From Selaginella moellendorffii (taxonomy: Eukaryota; Plantae; Lycopodiophyta), in the NCBI RefSeq assembly GCF_000143415.4, contig NW_003314266.1, positions 318,503 to 382,502 of the forward strand: 64,000 bases of DNA, read 5' to 3'. A program made the translations under genes and the position numbers. This document shows positions 48,750 to 61,887 of this stretch, one piece after another (the stretch's first letter is position 1; every line of letters begins with the position of its first letter). The notes beneath the pieces are model-generated. The model ran no database searches, was not told the DNA's origin, and saw only the letters and a program-made list of their open reading frames with translations.

Positions 48750-51700
48750 CTCCCCCCAAACCGAAGCCACTCACCAAACCAAATCTATTGCATAGGAGCT
48801 GAAACTGGTGTGGCCCCAATGGCTTGGTGAGAAGGTCGGCTGGCATGTCCTGTGTCCTGAGATGTTGAATGGCCAAGATGCCACCATCAACCAACTCATG
48901 CACGTAGTGAAATTGGACTTCAATGTGCTTTGAGCGAGCATGGTGGACAGGGTTCTTGGACATGGCAATGCTGTTTCAATTGTCACACCAAGAGGTAGTG
49001 GGGCCAGCTTGTGCACACCCAGCTCAGCAAGTAACCATTGCAGACCACGTCCCTGCTACCAGTATTGAGTGTGATGTACTCTGCTTCTGCATTAGAAAGT
49101 GCCACCACAGATTGTTGCTTGGAGGCCCATGTGATGGCACCTCTTGAGCACATGCTAGAAGTCAAGCGATAGCCTTTGTTGTTGGCAAAACTAGCATCCA
49201 TGCAGCATGTCAATGATGCATCACCCCTTGAATAAGCAATGTTGTAGTCTATAGTGCCCCGGAGGTATCTCACGATACACTTGGCAGCTTGCCAATGTAT
49301 GGTGGTTGGTGATGTGTTGTATTGACTCAAGGCAATAGTTGCATATGTGATGTCAGGGCGAGTCATCAGGGCCAAATACATGAGGCAACCAATGAGATGC
49401 CAATAGGGAGTCCTATTGGGTAGAGGCTCACCAGACTGCTCAACTGTGAGGTCGATAGCACCAGCAACCATCGGGGTCTTGATGGGGTGGCAATCACACA
49501 TACCAAACCGATCCAACAAGACTTCGACTTTACGTCATTGACTAAGCATGTAGCCACCAGACTCAGGATCGCATGTGACTTCAAAGCCAAGAAAGTAGGA
49601 GACTTGGCCAAGGTCCTTCATTTGGAATTGCTGGCTGAGAGCAGCTTTCAGAGCAGCAATGGCATCCATGTCATCACCCATAATGAGCAAATCATCAATG
49701 CAGAGGGCCACAATAAGCATGCTCTCAACATGACCATTCACATACACATTATGATCAACATGGCAGCGACAAAAGCCCTGAGTGCGTAGGGTGGCATCAA
49801 ATTTTTGATACTAAATATAGCTCTATTTTAGGCCATATAAAGCTTTCTGCAATTGCCATGTACAGTCACCAGGGTCAAAACCAGGAGGTATATGCATATA
49901 GATGTCCTCTTGCAAATCCCCATTCAAAAATGCAGTTATGGTGGACTTGCCATTTGCAAGCAGTTGCAAGTGCAAAAAAAGTATGGAGGCTGGCAATTTT
50001 TACAACTGGTGAGAATGTTTCATTATAGTCAAGGCCATGAACTTAGCAAAAACTGTGAACAATCAACCGTGCCTTATAACGTACAACTTGACCATTTTTC
50101 CCATACTTTTTGGAAAAAGTCCATTTTGGATCCAAAATATGTCGTCTTGGTGGCGCTGAATCAACTGGAACATTAATTTTGTTAAACCGAATGGAAGAAA
50201 CTTCTTCCGCAATGGCTTCCATCCAAGATAGAGCCTCAGGTCCTGAGACGGCCTTATCATGGGTCATGGGGATGCCAATGTCAACAAGGCCATAAAAGTC
50301 ATCAAGCTCTGCAGCATCTACTTCAGCATTTTCCTGGACTTTCAACAAGGGCCAATGTTCCTAGGGGTGATCAAGAACTAGCATCAGATTAGGCATGCCA
50401 CGACGTCAACAAGGTGGTGGAGGTGTCAAAGGCTTGTCCTCGACTGGAGGAGCATCAGCTGGTTCAAGCATGTCCAGAAGTGGAGGATTCCCCAATGGAA
50501 TCTCTAGTGGCAACTCATGAATAGGATCTTAAGGTGGATGCAAGAGTGGACCATCTCCCATAAGTGGGATCAAAGGAACAAGTGGAGTCTCAGCAATGAA
50601 AGAAGGATCTTGAAGAGCCTCTGTAAACATGGGAAAGCCATCTTCATTGAACATGACGTCTGTGCTTACAAGAGCCTTGTGAGATGCAAGATCCCACAAC
50701 TTGTAAGCTTTTCTCCCGATAGTGTCGTCTTGTGCATATCCCACGAAGATGAAGTTTTTACTTTTGGGATCTAGCTTTTTCCGAAGTTGATCAAGGGTAT
50801 GTGCGTATGCTGCACAACCGAAGACCTAAAAGTGGGATACATCAGGAATAGAACCTATCCAAAATGCCTTAGGGGTTTTTCCATCCAAAGCAGCCGTGGC
50901 AAGGTGATTTTGGACATGCATTCCTGTGGCTATGGCCTCTTGCCAAAACATCTTGTTAAGATGTGCATCAGCTAACAAAGCACGAGTAACATTGACAAGA
51001 GTGCGATTCTTTCTTTCTGCAACACCATTTTGCTGGGGGGTGTAGTGGGCTGTGGCTTGCAATTGTATGCCTACATCACGACAGATGCCCTGAAGCTCAT
51101 TGTTGAGGTATTCATCACCACCATCAACTCAAAGAGTTTTTATCTTTCGACCAAGGAGATTTTCAACATAGGCCTTGTACATTTGAAAGGTAGCAATTGC
51201 ATCATTCTTATGCATCAAGAAGTGGATGCATGTTCGACGGCTATAGTCATCAATGAATGTGATGAAATAGCTTGCACCATCATGACTTGGCACGTCCATA
51301 GGGCCGCAAAAATCAAGTCCAGAAGTCCAAAAGTCCAATTGCTCAATGCTTGCTCAGCAAGAAATTCCGGTGGTGATGCTTACCTAAAACTCAAGCTTCA
51401 CAAAATATAGATAGGATATGTTGGAAATCCAATCCAATAACAATATCTTAGGATTTCATCCATTGAAGAGATTGGTAATGGACATGACCAAGTCTCTTAT
51501 GCCAAGGCTCCACATGAGAATCTGCCTCCACAGTTTGAAAGGCTTGAACTTAGTCGGCAACAGTAATCTCATACAAGACCCCAATGTGTGACCCACGAAG
51601 CAACTGTGTACCAAGCATGTGAAAGTCACTAGAGTCAACAAAAGAGACTCCCTTTGCATCAAAGACTACCACTACATTTTGATCACATATCTTGGCGACG

Positions 51701-52880
51701 GACATTAAGTTTTATTGCAAGGTGAAAACATGCATGGGACCATCAAAGGCCAATGATCAAGTGAGAGCCAAAATTGCCCGATGCCTTCCATGGGGAAAGT
51801 GGTATTGTCACTTAAATGCTCGGCTGATAACACTTGAAAAGACTCTTCTTATTGCCCATAATATTAGTATAACTAGAGTTTAAGAGCCACTTGCTTGGTG
51901 CTGCAATTGCCTCTGCATTATAGAGTTCCTCAATAGCCTCATTTGCTATAGCAATTCCATTAGATTGGCTTTCACCGTTGTAGCTAGTCACTTGACAGGC
52001 TTTGTAGCAGTGCAATCTTGAGCCAATGGCTCATCTCCAAGTAGCGAGTGCACTGATTCTTGGCAAGTCTGGACTTGGCATGCCTAGATGCCATGGAATT
52101 TTGCCCTTTCTGGGCATTTGCAGCTGCATGTGGTTTTGCCACCTTGGCATCACCAGAAGCTCGCGAAGCATACATAGGCTGCAGCATTTATGCTCTCTCG
52201 CTTTACATGGCCTCAATGTTGTGAAGACTCCTCACGGCATTTGCCCAAGTCATCCCTGGTTGGAGAAGCAGGCTCTCAACTACATTCTTCCAGCTAGCTA
52301 GCAAGGACCTGTAGAGCCGCAGCCTTTGCTGCTCATCCGTGAGACAGTGCTTCGCCCTAGTAGCTGCAAGTTGTGTGAAAAAGCCTTGGAGCTTGGCAGT
52401 GTGAGTCTGGATACTGCCATTTTCCTCTAGCCTTAAGGACTCCATTTGTGAATAGATGTTGAAGACATCCATTTCACTCTTGGTGCCGTAGGTGTCACTC
52501 AACCACTTTTAGAGCTCTACTGTAGTGGACTTTGGAATCGATGAGGCAACAAAGAGAACATTTAAGGACAAGCATATCGCAATACTCCCTTTAGCCTTGG
52601 AATCCCAAAGGTTCCAATCACGCACCTTAGCAGCACTAGAGCCTAGAGTTGGTGATGACTCTATCCCATCTACAATCCCCAACAAACCATGAAACAAGAG
52701 ATAGGATTCAAGATGGATTTTGAATCCCTCAAACCCTTCTGCATCAAACTCACGGATGGATGGCTTTCTTTCCATAGTGCTATCCCAGCTCCAATACCAT
52801 GTGTAGCGCATGTGGTTTTTACCCTTTATCTTATGGTGAATTACCATAGGATAACCACAAAGTAGAACCTAAACCCTCCA
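48750..52880 (-). mobile_element. Decayed Ty1/copia element (gag-PR-INT-RT-RH) with PBS and PPT; 3' LTR missing
   Basis: Gag ESYLLFHGLLGIVDG; integrase YFITFIDDYSR and HYTPQQNGVAERKNRTL; RT WTFSKK...YKARLIV and MKDLGQVSYFLGFEV; RH SKQQSVVALSNAEAEY and NPVHHARSKHIEVQFHYV. PBS TGGTATTGGAGC at 52799-52788 follows an LTR end; PPT TTGGGGGGAG at ~48759-48750. Confidence 0.92.
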
Positions 52881-52959
52881 TACAAATTGATCTTTCGTCC
52901 CTGGTGACTCTCTTTTTTATCTCATCTTTGACCAAACCTTAACCCTGTGTTCGCAATAC

Positions 52960-53779
52960 CTTTATTTCAATCCAAGAAAAGTTTATGAGAGAGCACAGCA
53001 ATGACTACTCGAACCAATAAACTAATCCCTACAATCTTGGTTGGTTCACTCATAATCATGCCTAAAAAGGATCCATTAGTGCCATGCTAAACAGCTATGG
53101 ACCAACCTATTTGCCACTCATAGCAAACCTAGGGGAGGTTTACTTTCACCTATAGTACATGGAACAACTCATGGAACCACCAATGGGTTAATATTAATCC
53201 TGCCAACTCAAAGCGTGACCTTGAGTTACTAATGTGCTTCACTCACGAGCCTAAGCGTAAACTTGTGCATATGGAACAACTCAATCCTTCTTATGAGCCC
53301 AAGAGCAAGCTCATGTAATATGGTACAGAAAAGTAACCAAAATCCATACCGAAGGAACCATTGCGAAGTCTTAGCACCCAACGTGTACCCATTCGGATCA
53401 CCATTTTCATTTTTGCATATGCAACAAGATTAATTGCCCAATCTCATTGGATAGTACTCGGTGAGACTCATCCTTTGATACCAAATGTAGCACATGTGGT
53501 TTTTACCCTTTATCTTATGGTGAATTATCATAAGATAACCACGAAGCAGAACCTAAACCCTCCATGTGCCACATGTCACATGCCATGTGACACATACCAT
53601 GTGTTCAAAGGACAGTGGTGTGGAACCTAAGTTTCAAGGCCTAGAGCCACTAAACGAAGGAATGGTGCCAAACTCCCAAACATGGAGCCAAAGAGTGATG
53701 GCACTGGAGCACGGAATGACTTCCGAGCATATAGCCCAAGGAGCGAAGGGACATGAGCACCAAGCGACTTGGAATAGTC
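52960..53779 (-). mobile_element. Family-B LTR 3' part + PBS + internal region (inverted copy of ~23870-24680)
   Basis: Minus strand reads ...CACATGTGCTACA-TTTGGTATCAAAGG at ~53498-53472. Confidence 0.75.
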
Positions 53780-54430
53780 TGTAGCACATGTGATCATAGA
53801 TGAGATTTGAATATACTATCATCGTGGATCCTTGGAACTTTGAGGGATAAATGGGGATAAAATAGCCACTAAGGGCTCTTTTATCAAACAATTGCCCCTT
53901 TTCCAGTTGGTTTAAAGGGAGAGAGATAAGATGCACTACAGTTGGTATCGGAGCAAATGGCACGGGTTTGATTCCCATTGATTAGTGGTTACTTAAAATA
54001 TAATATACCCTTGAGCAAGGTATATTTTTACCCCTAAATTTAAAATCGTACATATTGGGCATCCATGCGTACGTCCTTCCTTTTGTGTGGAGTATCCACA
54101 GACGAAGGTATTCACCGTGGGATTGTGGTACGGGTGGATGACTAGTTGCCTCACATGGAATAGCTGGTCTACACAATTGAAGGATTGGTAGATTCAGTGT
54201 GGAAATAGAGGTTTTGGTTCCCCTTGGCTCAATAGGGGTTGCTAGTCAATAGTCAATGAGGACATTGACATCTTTGAAGAGGGGGTGAGTGTAGCGCATG
54301 TGATCATGGGATGAGATTTGGATATACTGTCACCATGGATCCTTGAACCTTGGGGGATAAATGGGGCTAAAATAGCCACTAAGAGCTCTCTCATCAAGCA
54401 ATTGCCCCTTTTCCAGTTGGCTTAAGGGGA
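53780..54430 (+). mobile_element. TRIM-like miniature LTR element (LTR 53780-53940, PBS 53943-53954, ~340-bp non-coding interior, PPT, 3' LTR from 54290, interrupted)
   Basis: ~160-bp direct repeats TGTAGC...CTACA, PBS TGGTATCGGAGC, PPT GAAGAGGGGGTGAG. Confidence 0.85.
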
Positions 54431-54435
54431 ACTTT

Positions 54436-56623
54436 GTGTGAGACACAAAATCCCTAGGCCCCAAAGTGGAGCTGGAGGGGTGCCACGTGGTAGTGGCTGA
54501 AGCGAAAGCCAAACGAGCGTAACATGTTTGGACTAAAAGCTCCGCCTTGAAAGGTCGAGAGCGGGAGTGGAACTCCCAATGAAGTGCTCGAGGAACAAGC
54601 ACAAAGAGAGCAATAAGCGAGGCTCCAAAAAGGGACCCAAAAGGACCAACACATGAGACGTGGAAGTGTCTGAGATGGACCCGAGTTGGAGTCCGAAGTG
54701 GAGTCCGAGAAGGACCCCGAGATGGAGTCCGAGGTGGAGTCTGAGGTGGACCCGAGATGGACCCGAGATGGACCCGAGATGGGACCCGAGATGGACCCGA
54801 GATGGAGTCTGAGATGGAGTCCGAGATGGAGTCCGAGATGGACCCGAGATGGAGTCCGAGATGGAGTCCGAGATGGAGTCCGAGATGGAGTCCGAGATGG
54901 AGTCCGAGATGGAGTCCGAGATGGACCCGAGATGGAGTCCGAGATGGAGTCCGAGATGGACTCGAGATGGACCTGAGATAGACCCGAGATGGAGTCCGAG
55001 ATGGACCCGAGATGGAGTTTGAGATGGAGTCCGAGATGGAGTCCGAGATGGACTCGAGATGGACCCGAGATGGACCCGAGATGGACCCGAGATGGAGTCC
55101 GAGATGGAGTCCGAGATGGACCCGAGATGGAGTCCGAGGTGGAGTCCGAGATAGATCCGAGATGGAGTCCGAGATGGACCCGAGATGGAGTCCAAGATGG
55201 ACCCGAGATGGAGTCCGAGATGGAGTCCGAGATGGACTCGAGATGGACCCGAGATAGACCCGAGATGGAGTCCGAGATGGAGTCCGAGATGGACCCGAGA
55301 TGGAGTCCGAGATGGAGTCTGAGATGGACTCAAGATGGACCCGAGATGGACCCGAGATGGAGTCCGAGATGGAGTCCGAGAAGGACCCGAGATGGAGTCC
55401 GAGGTGGAGTCCGAGCTGGACCCGAGATGGAGTCCAAGATGGAGTCCGAGATGGACCCGAGATGGAGTTTGAAATCGAGACCGGGACCAAGACCGAGATT
55501 GGGACCGAGACCGAGACCGAGATCGGGACCGAGATCGAGACCAAGGCCGAGGCCGAGTCCGAATCTGAGTCCGAGTCCGAGTCCGAGTCCGAGTCCGAGT
55601 CCAAGGCCGAGTCCGAGTTCGAGCCTGAGAGGGTGAAAGCCCAAAGCGTTCGTCTCCCAGACCCTGGGGGGTTTGGTGAGCTCCAAAAGTATAGTAGGGG
55701 GAGGACTGCAGTGGAGCCAGTTTGGCCAGGAAAGGCCAGTTTGGCCCAGGAAGGCCGGACCCAGTGTTGGGTGATGAGCTGCCCACTGGGAAGTCCAAGA
55801 CTAGAGTGAACACAAACCGACAAGCGGGGTAGCTTGGTGAAGTGTTCAAGAGTCGGCTCTAGTTCCCCCGGGAGATCGACTGGCCGATGCTCCCAGTCCA
55901 AGTGTGGGTGGCACTACCTACTTGGATACCTTTCGTTGCTCAACGGAACCTTGCTTTAAGCCCATGGCTAGAGCACCTAAAGGCGAAAGGTAGGGAAAGT
56001 ACCCATGAGGCTTGTGTAAGGCCACGGTGTTCCGAAATGTTGTCCCAAAGTCCCAGACTGTGGAAAGGAAGAGGAGTAGCCTCTGGTGTGGTGACAAAGG
56101 ACACGGTCACCCAGTGAGGAAGTCCCAGAGGACAGTTGGACTTAGAGGTCGGGCCTGCGGGCCTTGATCCAGTGGCAGTGTTGGTGAACACGGCCATCGA
56201 CAGAGAGGGACTTGGTGGGGACCGGAAAAGAGATATTGGGGAAGGTTATTCCCTAAGTCTGCGAGCATCCTAAGGATGCTAAGGAGTGGATCTGGGATGA
56301 TCACTCATCGATGGATGGCCTAGTCTATGAGAGACGGGATTGCAATGTAGGTGGTGTTGGACCACCGGTGTGACCAAGGTGAATAGGTATGGCCTCAGCG
56401 TAACGGGCCGATATGTCGGTGGTACCTTGGGGTGTCGATCATGGGATTGGACACGTGGAACACTTAGACCAAGTGCAAAGGTTGAGTGGCATGGATGCCA
56501 TTCTCAGGGCTGGCAAGCCCCAAGTCCTAACTAGGACTTATGGAGGTTGTGAATGAGACTCCTCCAAGTGGTCGGAAGTGCAGTTAAGTGACTAATGTAA
56601 AATGGAAAAATTAGTCGCTTACA
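54436..56623 (+). mobile_element. Family-A LTR 3' fragment with expanded minisatellite (54670-55625)
   Basis: Matches 16445-18101; ends ...TTAGTCGCTTACA. Confidence 0.8.
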
Positions 56624-56700
56624 CTTTGGGGGATAAATGGGGATAAAATAGCCACTAAGGGCTTTCTCATAAAGCAATTGCCCCTTTTCCAGTTTTCTTA

Positions 56701-57837
56701 TGTCGCGAATGTGACTTTGGGTATCGAAAGTTACCTGTCGACTAGTCCTTACGGACACTCTTACCTTACTGCCACGATGGCAGGAGATCGGTATTGCTGG
56801 ACCTGTTATCAGTCTCCGCCTAAGCTAGTTGAGAAACTGGTCATCACATGTGCACTTAGACCGGAAAGGCACTAAGGAAGGAAATCCTAAGTTGTCATTT
56901 AGTCAAGCAGACTTGACACGGTGATGAGAAACTCATGATGTTGGCTTATACTTGCTAGTGTTGGGAACCCCCGCAATATTGAGACTAGTCCCTCAATATT
57001 CGCTAGATGATAGCTTACCGTGTTTGCCAAACACCCTCGCTATCACACCCTTTGTGTTGGTCTCATTTCGGTCCCAAATGCTATTTATGGAAAGTGTCTA
57101 GATTAGCTCACTCGGCATATCTACGGAATGTAGAGATCGGCCTGAACACAATGGTGTTCGTCCCGTGTCCAAATTCGCAATCTAGCGTCATTCCATATTT
57201 AGTAAGTTTCGAGCTTGTCCTAGAGACTAACTCCTGATACTAAAGGAGGCTTGGGGTAAAAGCCCAAAGCGTGTGTTCCTCAAGGGGGGGGGGCTGTGGG
57301 GGGTTCCAAATGTATAGTAGGGATAGTGGGTAGGTTGGGCATGGCTGACCAACCTGAGGCATAGTCTAGCTCCCGCTTGCGTGCCTATCCTTGTTCTGCG
57401 TCCGGCTTGGGTCTAAGCCCAAGTTCCATTCCATGGTAGTTGGTGGAGTACCCATGTCCTCGCGTTAGGCCACCGGTATGCCGAAATAGCGCCAGACTCC
57501 GTTTGGCTCCGTTTTGTGTGCTGGTTCTAGCATTGGGATGCTGGTTGCTCCAGGACTGTTCCAAGTCGCTTCGGGCTCCTGTCCCTTCGCTCCTTGGGCT
57601 TCATGCTCGGGAGTTGCTCCGTGGTTCGGTTCCGTCACTCCTCGGCTCCAAGCTTGGGAGTTTGGTACCGTTCCTTCGTTCAGTGGCCCAAGGCCCTGAA
57701 CCTCGGGTTTCTATGGACACGTGGCATGTGACACGTGGCATTTGTCACGTGGCACAAAAAGGGTTTAGGTTCCACTTCGTGGTGTTATCCTATGGTAAAT
57801 CACCATAGGATAAAGGGTCAAAACCACGTGCGCTACA
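56701..57837 (+). mobile_element. Family-B solo LTR (~1.14 kb) inserted in a TRIM LTR
   Basis: TGTCGC...GCGCTACA ends; flanks TCTTA/GCTTA (near-perfect 5-bp TSD). TRIM LTR sequence continues on both sides (56624-56700 and 57838-57868). Confidence 0.85.
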
Positions 57838-57869
57838 GCTTAAGAGGAGAGAGATAGAGTGCGCTACAC

Positions 57870-58130
57870 AGTCCTAAAGTATCTAGCATCCCAATGCCAG
57901 GACTAACACACAGAATGGATCCAAATGGAGTCTGGCGCTATTTGAGCATACCGGTGGTCTAACGCAAGGACATGGGTATTCCATCAACTAGCATGGTGTG
58001 GAATTCGGGCTTAGACCCAAGCCGGACGCAGAACAAGAACAGGTATGCAAGCAGGAGCTAGACTATGCCTCAAGTTGGTCAGCCATGCCTAACCTACCCA
58101 CTATCTGTACTATACATTTGGAACCCCAGT
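57870..58130 (-). mobile_element. Inverted family-B LTR fragment
   Basis: Reverse complement of ~57300-57560. Confidence 0.75.
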
Positions 58131-58589
58131 TAGAGTTGTTTATATGGTTACGCCCTTTTAACAGAATAAGGAACATCGACAGAGAAGTGGGTGATATGAC
58201 CAATCGATAGTAGTTACCCCATGACTAAAGATTTCACCATGTATATGAAGTGCCAAAGCCAATCTACTTATACTGGCCCAAACTCAAAGATCAATAAATG
58301 CAGATATCTTAAAGTCTTAATTATTAGTGAATAAATTTTAGAATAGAACACAAAGTATTCCAAGTAAGTTATCATTCGATAAACCAATATTAAAGTAAAG
58401 GAACCACTAAGATCACTATAGTTGGAAACATAGGATTTACTATCCAACAAAATTCAAGAGCAAGTGTATCATCAATAAAAGTCAATGATAACACATAACC
58501 ATCAAAGATTACAAATAGAATGCCAAACAACTTACGAAAAATACTCAAAGAACACAAAGTATCATTGACTCCGGACTAGGTCATCTATA

Positions 58590-58730
58590 NNNNNNNNNNN
58601 NNNNNNNNNNNNNNNNNNNNNNNNNNNNNNNNNNNNNNNNNNNNNNNNNNNNNNNNNNNNNNNNNNNNNNNNNNNNNNNNNNNNNNNNNNNNNNNNNNNN
58701 NNNNNNNNNNNNNNNNNNNNNNNNNNNNNN
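58590..58730. other. Assembly gap (N run)
   Basis: 141 N characters; GTATCATTGACTCC occurs on both sides. Confidence 0.99.
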
Positions 58731-58739
58731 GTATCATTG

Positions 58740-59140
58740 ACTCCCCCTTGGGAGACACATGCTTTGGGCTTTCACCCCTCGAACTGTATTAGTACTCGGA
58801 CTCGGTCTCGGACTCGATCTCGGACCCATCTTCGGACTCGGTCTTGGACTCGATCTCGGACTCGACCTCGGACCCAATCTCAGACTCGACCTCGGACTCG
58901 GTCTTGGACCCAATCTCGGATCTTGGACTCTATCTCGAATTTGGTCTCGAACTTGGTCTCAAACTCGGTCTCGGAGTCGGCTTCAGACTCGATCCCGGAC
59001 TCTATCTTGAACTCAATCTCAGAGTCGGTCTTGGACTCGATCTCAAACTCAGTCCCGTCCGATGAACTCTTTCTCGTTTCAGTCGTGCTTTCGGGGATCC
59101 TTTAGTCTACGGCACCTTGGGGAGTTGGTTCCTTACACAT
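58740..59140 (-). mobile_element. Inverted minisatellite LTR fragment (type of 36830-37230)
   Basis: GGGAGACACATGCTTTGGGCTTTCACC plus GACTCG/GATCTC arrays and GGGAGTTGGTTCCTTACA. Confidence 0.75.
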
Positions 59141-61075
59141 TTAACCAAGCAACTTCGTAAACACATTGCTCATTATCACATGGATATGATATAAGTATTA
59201 CAATGACTTGATCATCAATTGAGCAATACCACGAGAAACACCCATGTCATTACTTCAAATGTTAATGTGAGCATATCAAGTGCCAACTTGATTCGACAAA
59301 ATGCAACATAAATGCCACACTCTACCGATAGAGACTTACAATACCCAACACCACTAACTTTTGTTCACAACACGGACAAGCTTATGCCACTCTCTTTCTG
59401 ACCAAACTCAAAATTAATTCAACACCAAGCTACTCATGGAGCAATAGCAAGGTTCCCTAGAAAAGAATTGAGCATTGCAACTCAAGTCTTCAATAGCCCA
59501 AAAACCATTTCGTTTTCGTAAGCTAATACAAACTAGTGAAGGGGTTAGAGTTGACTTCGGTTAGCATAAACCTTAGTAGATAGTTTGTATAATGCGGCCT
59601 GAAAGGGATGCTAACTTTTGGGGCTAAGGCAATTGAGTTGGATAGAGTCTGGAGTTGGTGTAGAAAAGTGGCTATTGCGCTTTTCTAGAAAAGTGACCCT
59701 TGTGCCTTTCTTCTGGAACATTATGCTTGGTGGCAAGTTGCACCTTGCATTTCATTAGACTCTATGAGAGTAATGAGGTCTCATTGATCTTGACTTAGTC
59801 TTGGTGGCTTTGAGCCTTGGCTAAGGATAGTGAAATCCAATTTAGTTGTTTGAGGTTGAGATGTACTATAGCTTTATCTATGAGGAGGTTGTGTACCAAT
59901 ATGAGTCCATCTCATGGTCTTCACTTTAGTTTTGACTAAGTGTTGATTATGCATAGCTAGCCTCTTCAAGGCATGCTCAGAGCTTTTGGCTAAATGTATT
60001 AGTGAGTTTATTGCGGTTGAGTTGGATTTGAGTGGTCATTTAGTTTATGCTTGTCCATAAACCTTTATCTCGCGCCTGGGATATTATGTTCATGTTGGAT
60101 AAGTATATAACTCAATGGCATGAGTTTAGTGTTTAGGTTTTGTGAAGGCAAGTTGAAGAGTGATTGTTAGTTGTTTTGCGAATTAATGATTACTTGTAGG
60201 CTTCGTCAAGGACTATTGACACTTGCTTCACTCGATGAAGATTTGTTAGTGATAGACTTGCTTTACTAGATGGTGTTGTGGAGGATCATGTTGTTAGACT
60301 TGCATGGTTTTTCCATATTGACATAATGATTCTACCTTTGTTAATATCATTTGGTTGCGTTTAGTTCATAGTGTTGGATTTCATTGAGTCTTGGATATGG
60401 TGATTCATTCCTTGATAAAGTGTTATCTGTAACTGAGTTTTGCTGAAGGATTAGTCTTAGATACTGACTAAAGTACCTTCAACTTCAGTTAACTTAGTTG
60501 CTAGGGAGTTTTGAGTGGTGATTCATTTGTGCTTTCTTTTAGCTTTGTTATGGTGTTGATGGCATTTAAGTGATGCTTTGTCGTTGACATTATTGATGTT
60601 GAAATTTGAGTGAAATGAGATGTCTCTCCGAAAGATTGATGTTGAGTTTCATTAGTCTCGATAAAGATAGTGTTGATGATTTAGCTATAGCTTTGTGTTA
60701 TTGGCATTCGTGCATTTGCTAGTTAGCAACTATGTTAGTGTTCAAACGAGTTGAGTGGCAGATTTGAGTTAGTTGCAATCTAGACAAGATTATTTAGTAA
60801 GGGTTGAGCTTTGGCTTTTCCTTAAAAAGTGATTTAGTCATGGACTATGTTAGCTTTACGAGACGAAGAGTTAGTGATCAATATTGAAATGTTTGAATCC
60901 TTGTTGGATTTGAGTTGGAATATATTGATCATTGATGATTCTTCTTGTGCTTATTATGAAGTGAGTTACGTCCTATTATAGATAGATTTATGGAGGATCG
61001 TTTAGTGATCATTTGTTGACCGTGGTTTTATTATGCTTAACTTTTTGATTGATGCAAACATACTCTTCATTAGTA

Positions 61076-61885
61076 ACACGTTTAAATTAAAAGCTCCAAC
61101 TTAAAAAGTCAAGAGAAAAAATGGAACTCTCAATGAAGTGCTCAAGGAATGAAAATGAAGCAAGCAATAAGCGAGTCTTTACAAAAGTGACACAAGAGGA
61201 CCAATACATGACACATAAAAGTGTTGAGATAGACCCGAAATGGAGTCTGAGATGGAGTCCAAGATGGACCTAACATGGAGTCCATCTCAGGTCCATCTCG
61301 AGTCCATCTCAGACTCCATCTCGGACTCCATCTTGGGTCCATTTCAGACTTCATCTCAGACTCCATCTCAAGTCCATCTCGGGTCCATCTCGAACTCCAT
61401 CTCGGACTCTATCTCAGACTCCATCTCGGGTCCATCTCGGACTCCATTTCGGATTCCATCTTAGGTCCATTTCAGACTCCATCTCGGACTCTATTTTGGA
61501 CTCCATCTTGGGTCCATCTCAGACTCTATCTTGGACTCCATCTCGGGTCCATCTTGACACTTCCATGTGTCATCCATGTTCTAAACACTCACTTATTGCT
61601 CGCTTTGAGCTTGTTCCTTAAACCTTTTATTGGGACACTCTTGACTTTTCAAGTCGAAGCTTTTAGTCCAAACGTGTTACACTCATTTGGCTTTCACCTC
61701 AACCACTACCACATGGCACTCTTTCGGCTCCTCTTTAGGGCCTAGAGATTTTATATCTCACAACTCCACCACTATAAACAAAGTTTGATGTTCTCATCTA
61801 ACAATAAAATATTTTACAAAGTAAAACCAGCATGTATTACCCTTTCCATCCTTGGTACCTAGCCAACATTTGTCAATGGTTTGAT
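61076..61885. mobile_element. Foldback of two family-A LTR fragments joined within the minisatellite
   Basis: 61076-61280 is in plus orientation and 61280-61885 in minus orientation. Confidence 0.7.
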
Positions 61886-61887
61886 AT

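Noticed and set aside
13653-55901. Many long ORFs rich in SR/RP/ES/LG dipeptides (e.g. 54330-55901, 523 aa; 16541-17326)
   Set aside because: They are translations of stop-free LTR minisatellites in several frames, with no protein motifs.
58559-58744. 14-bp direct repeat GTATCATTGACTCC flanking the N run as a TSD
   Set aside because: It abuts an assembly gap and is more likely a contig-end artefact.
59500-61070. T/G-skewed ORF-free stretch
   Set aside because: No motif, repeat unit or homolog recognised in the window; probably decayed retroelement interior.
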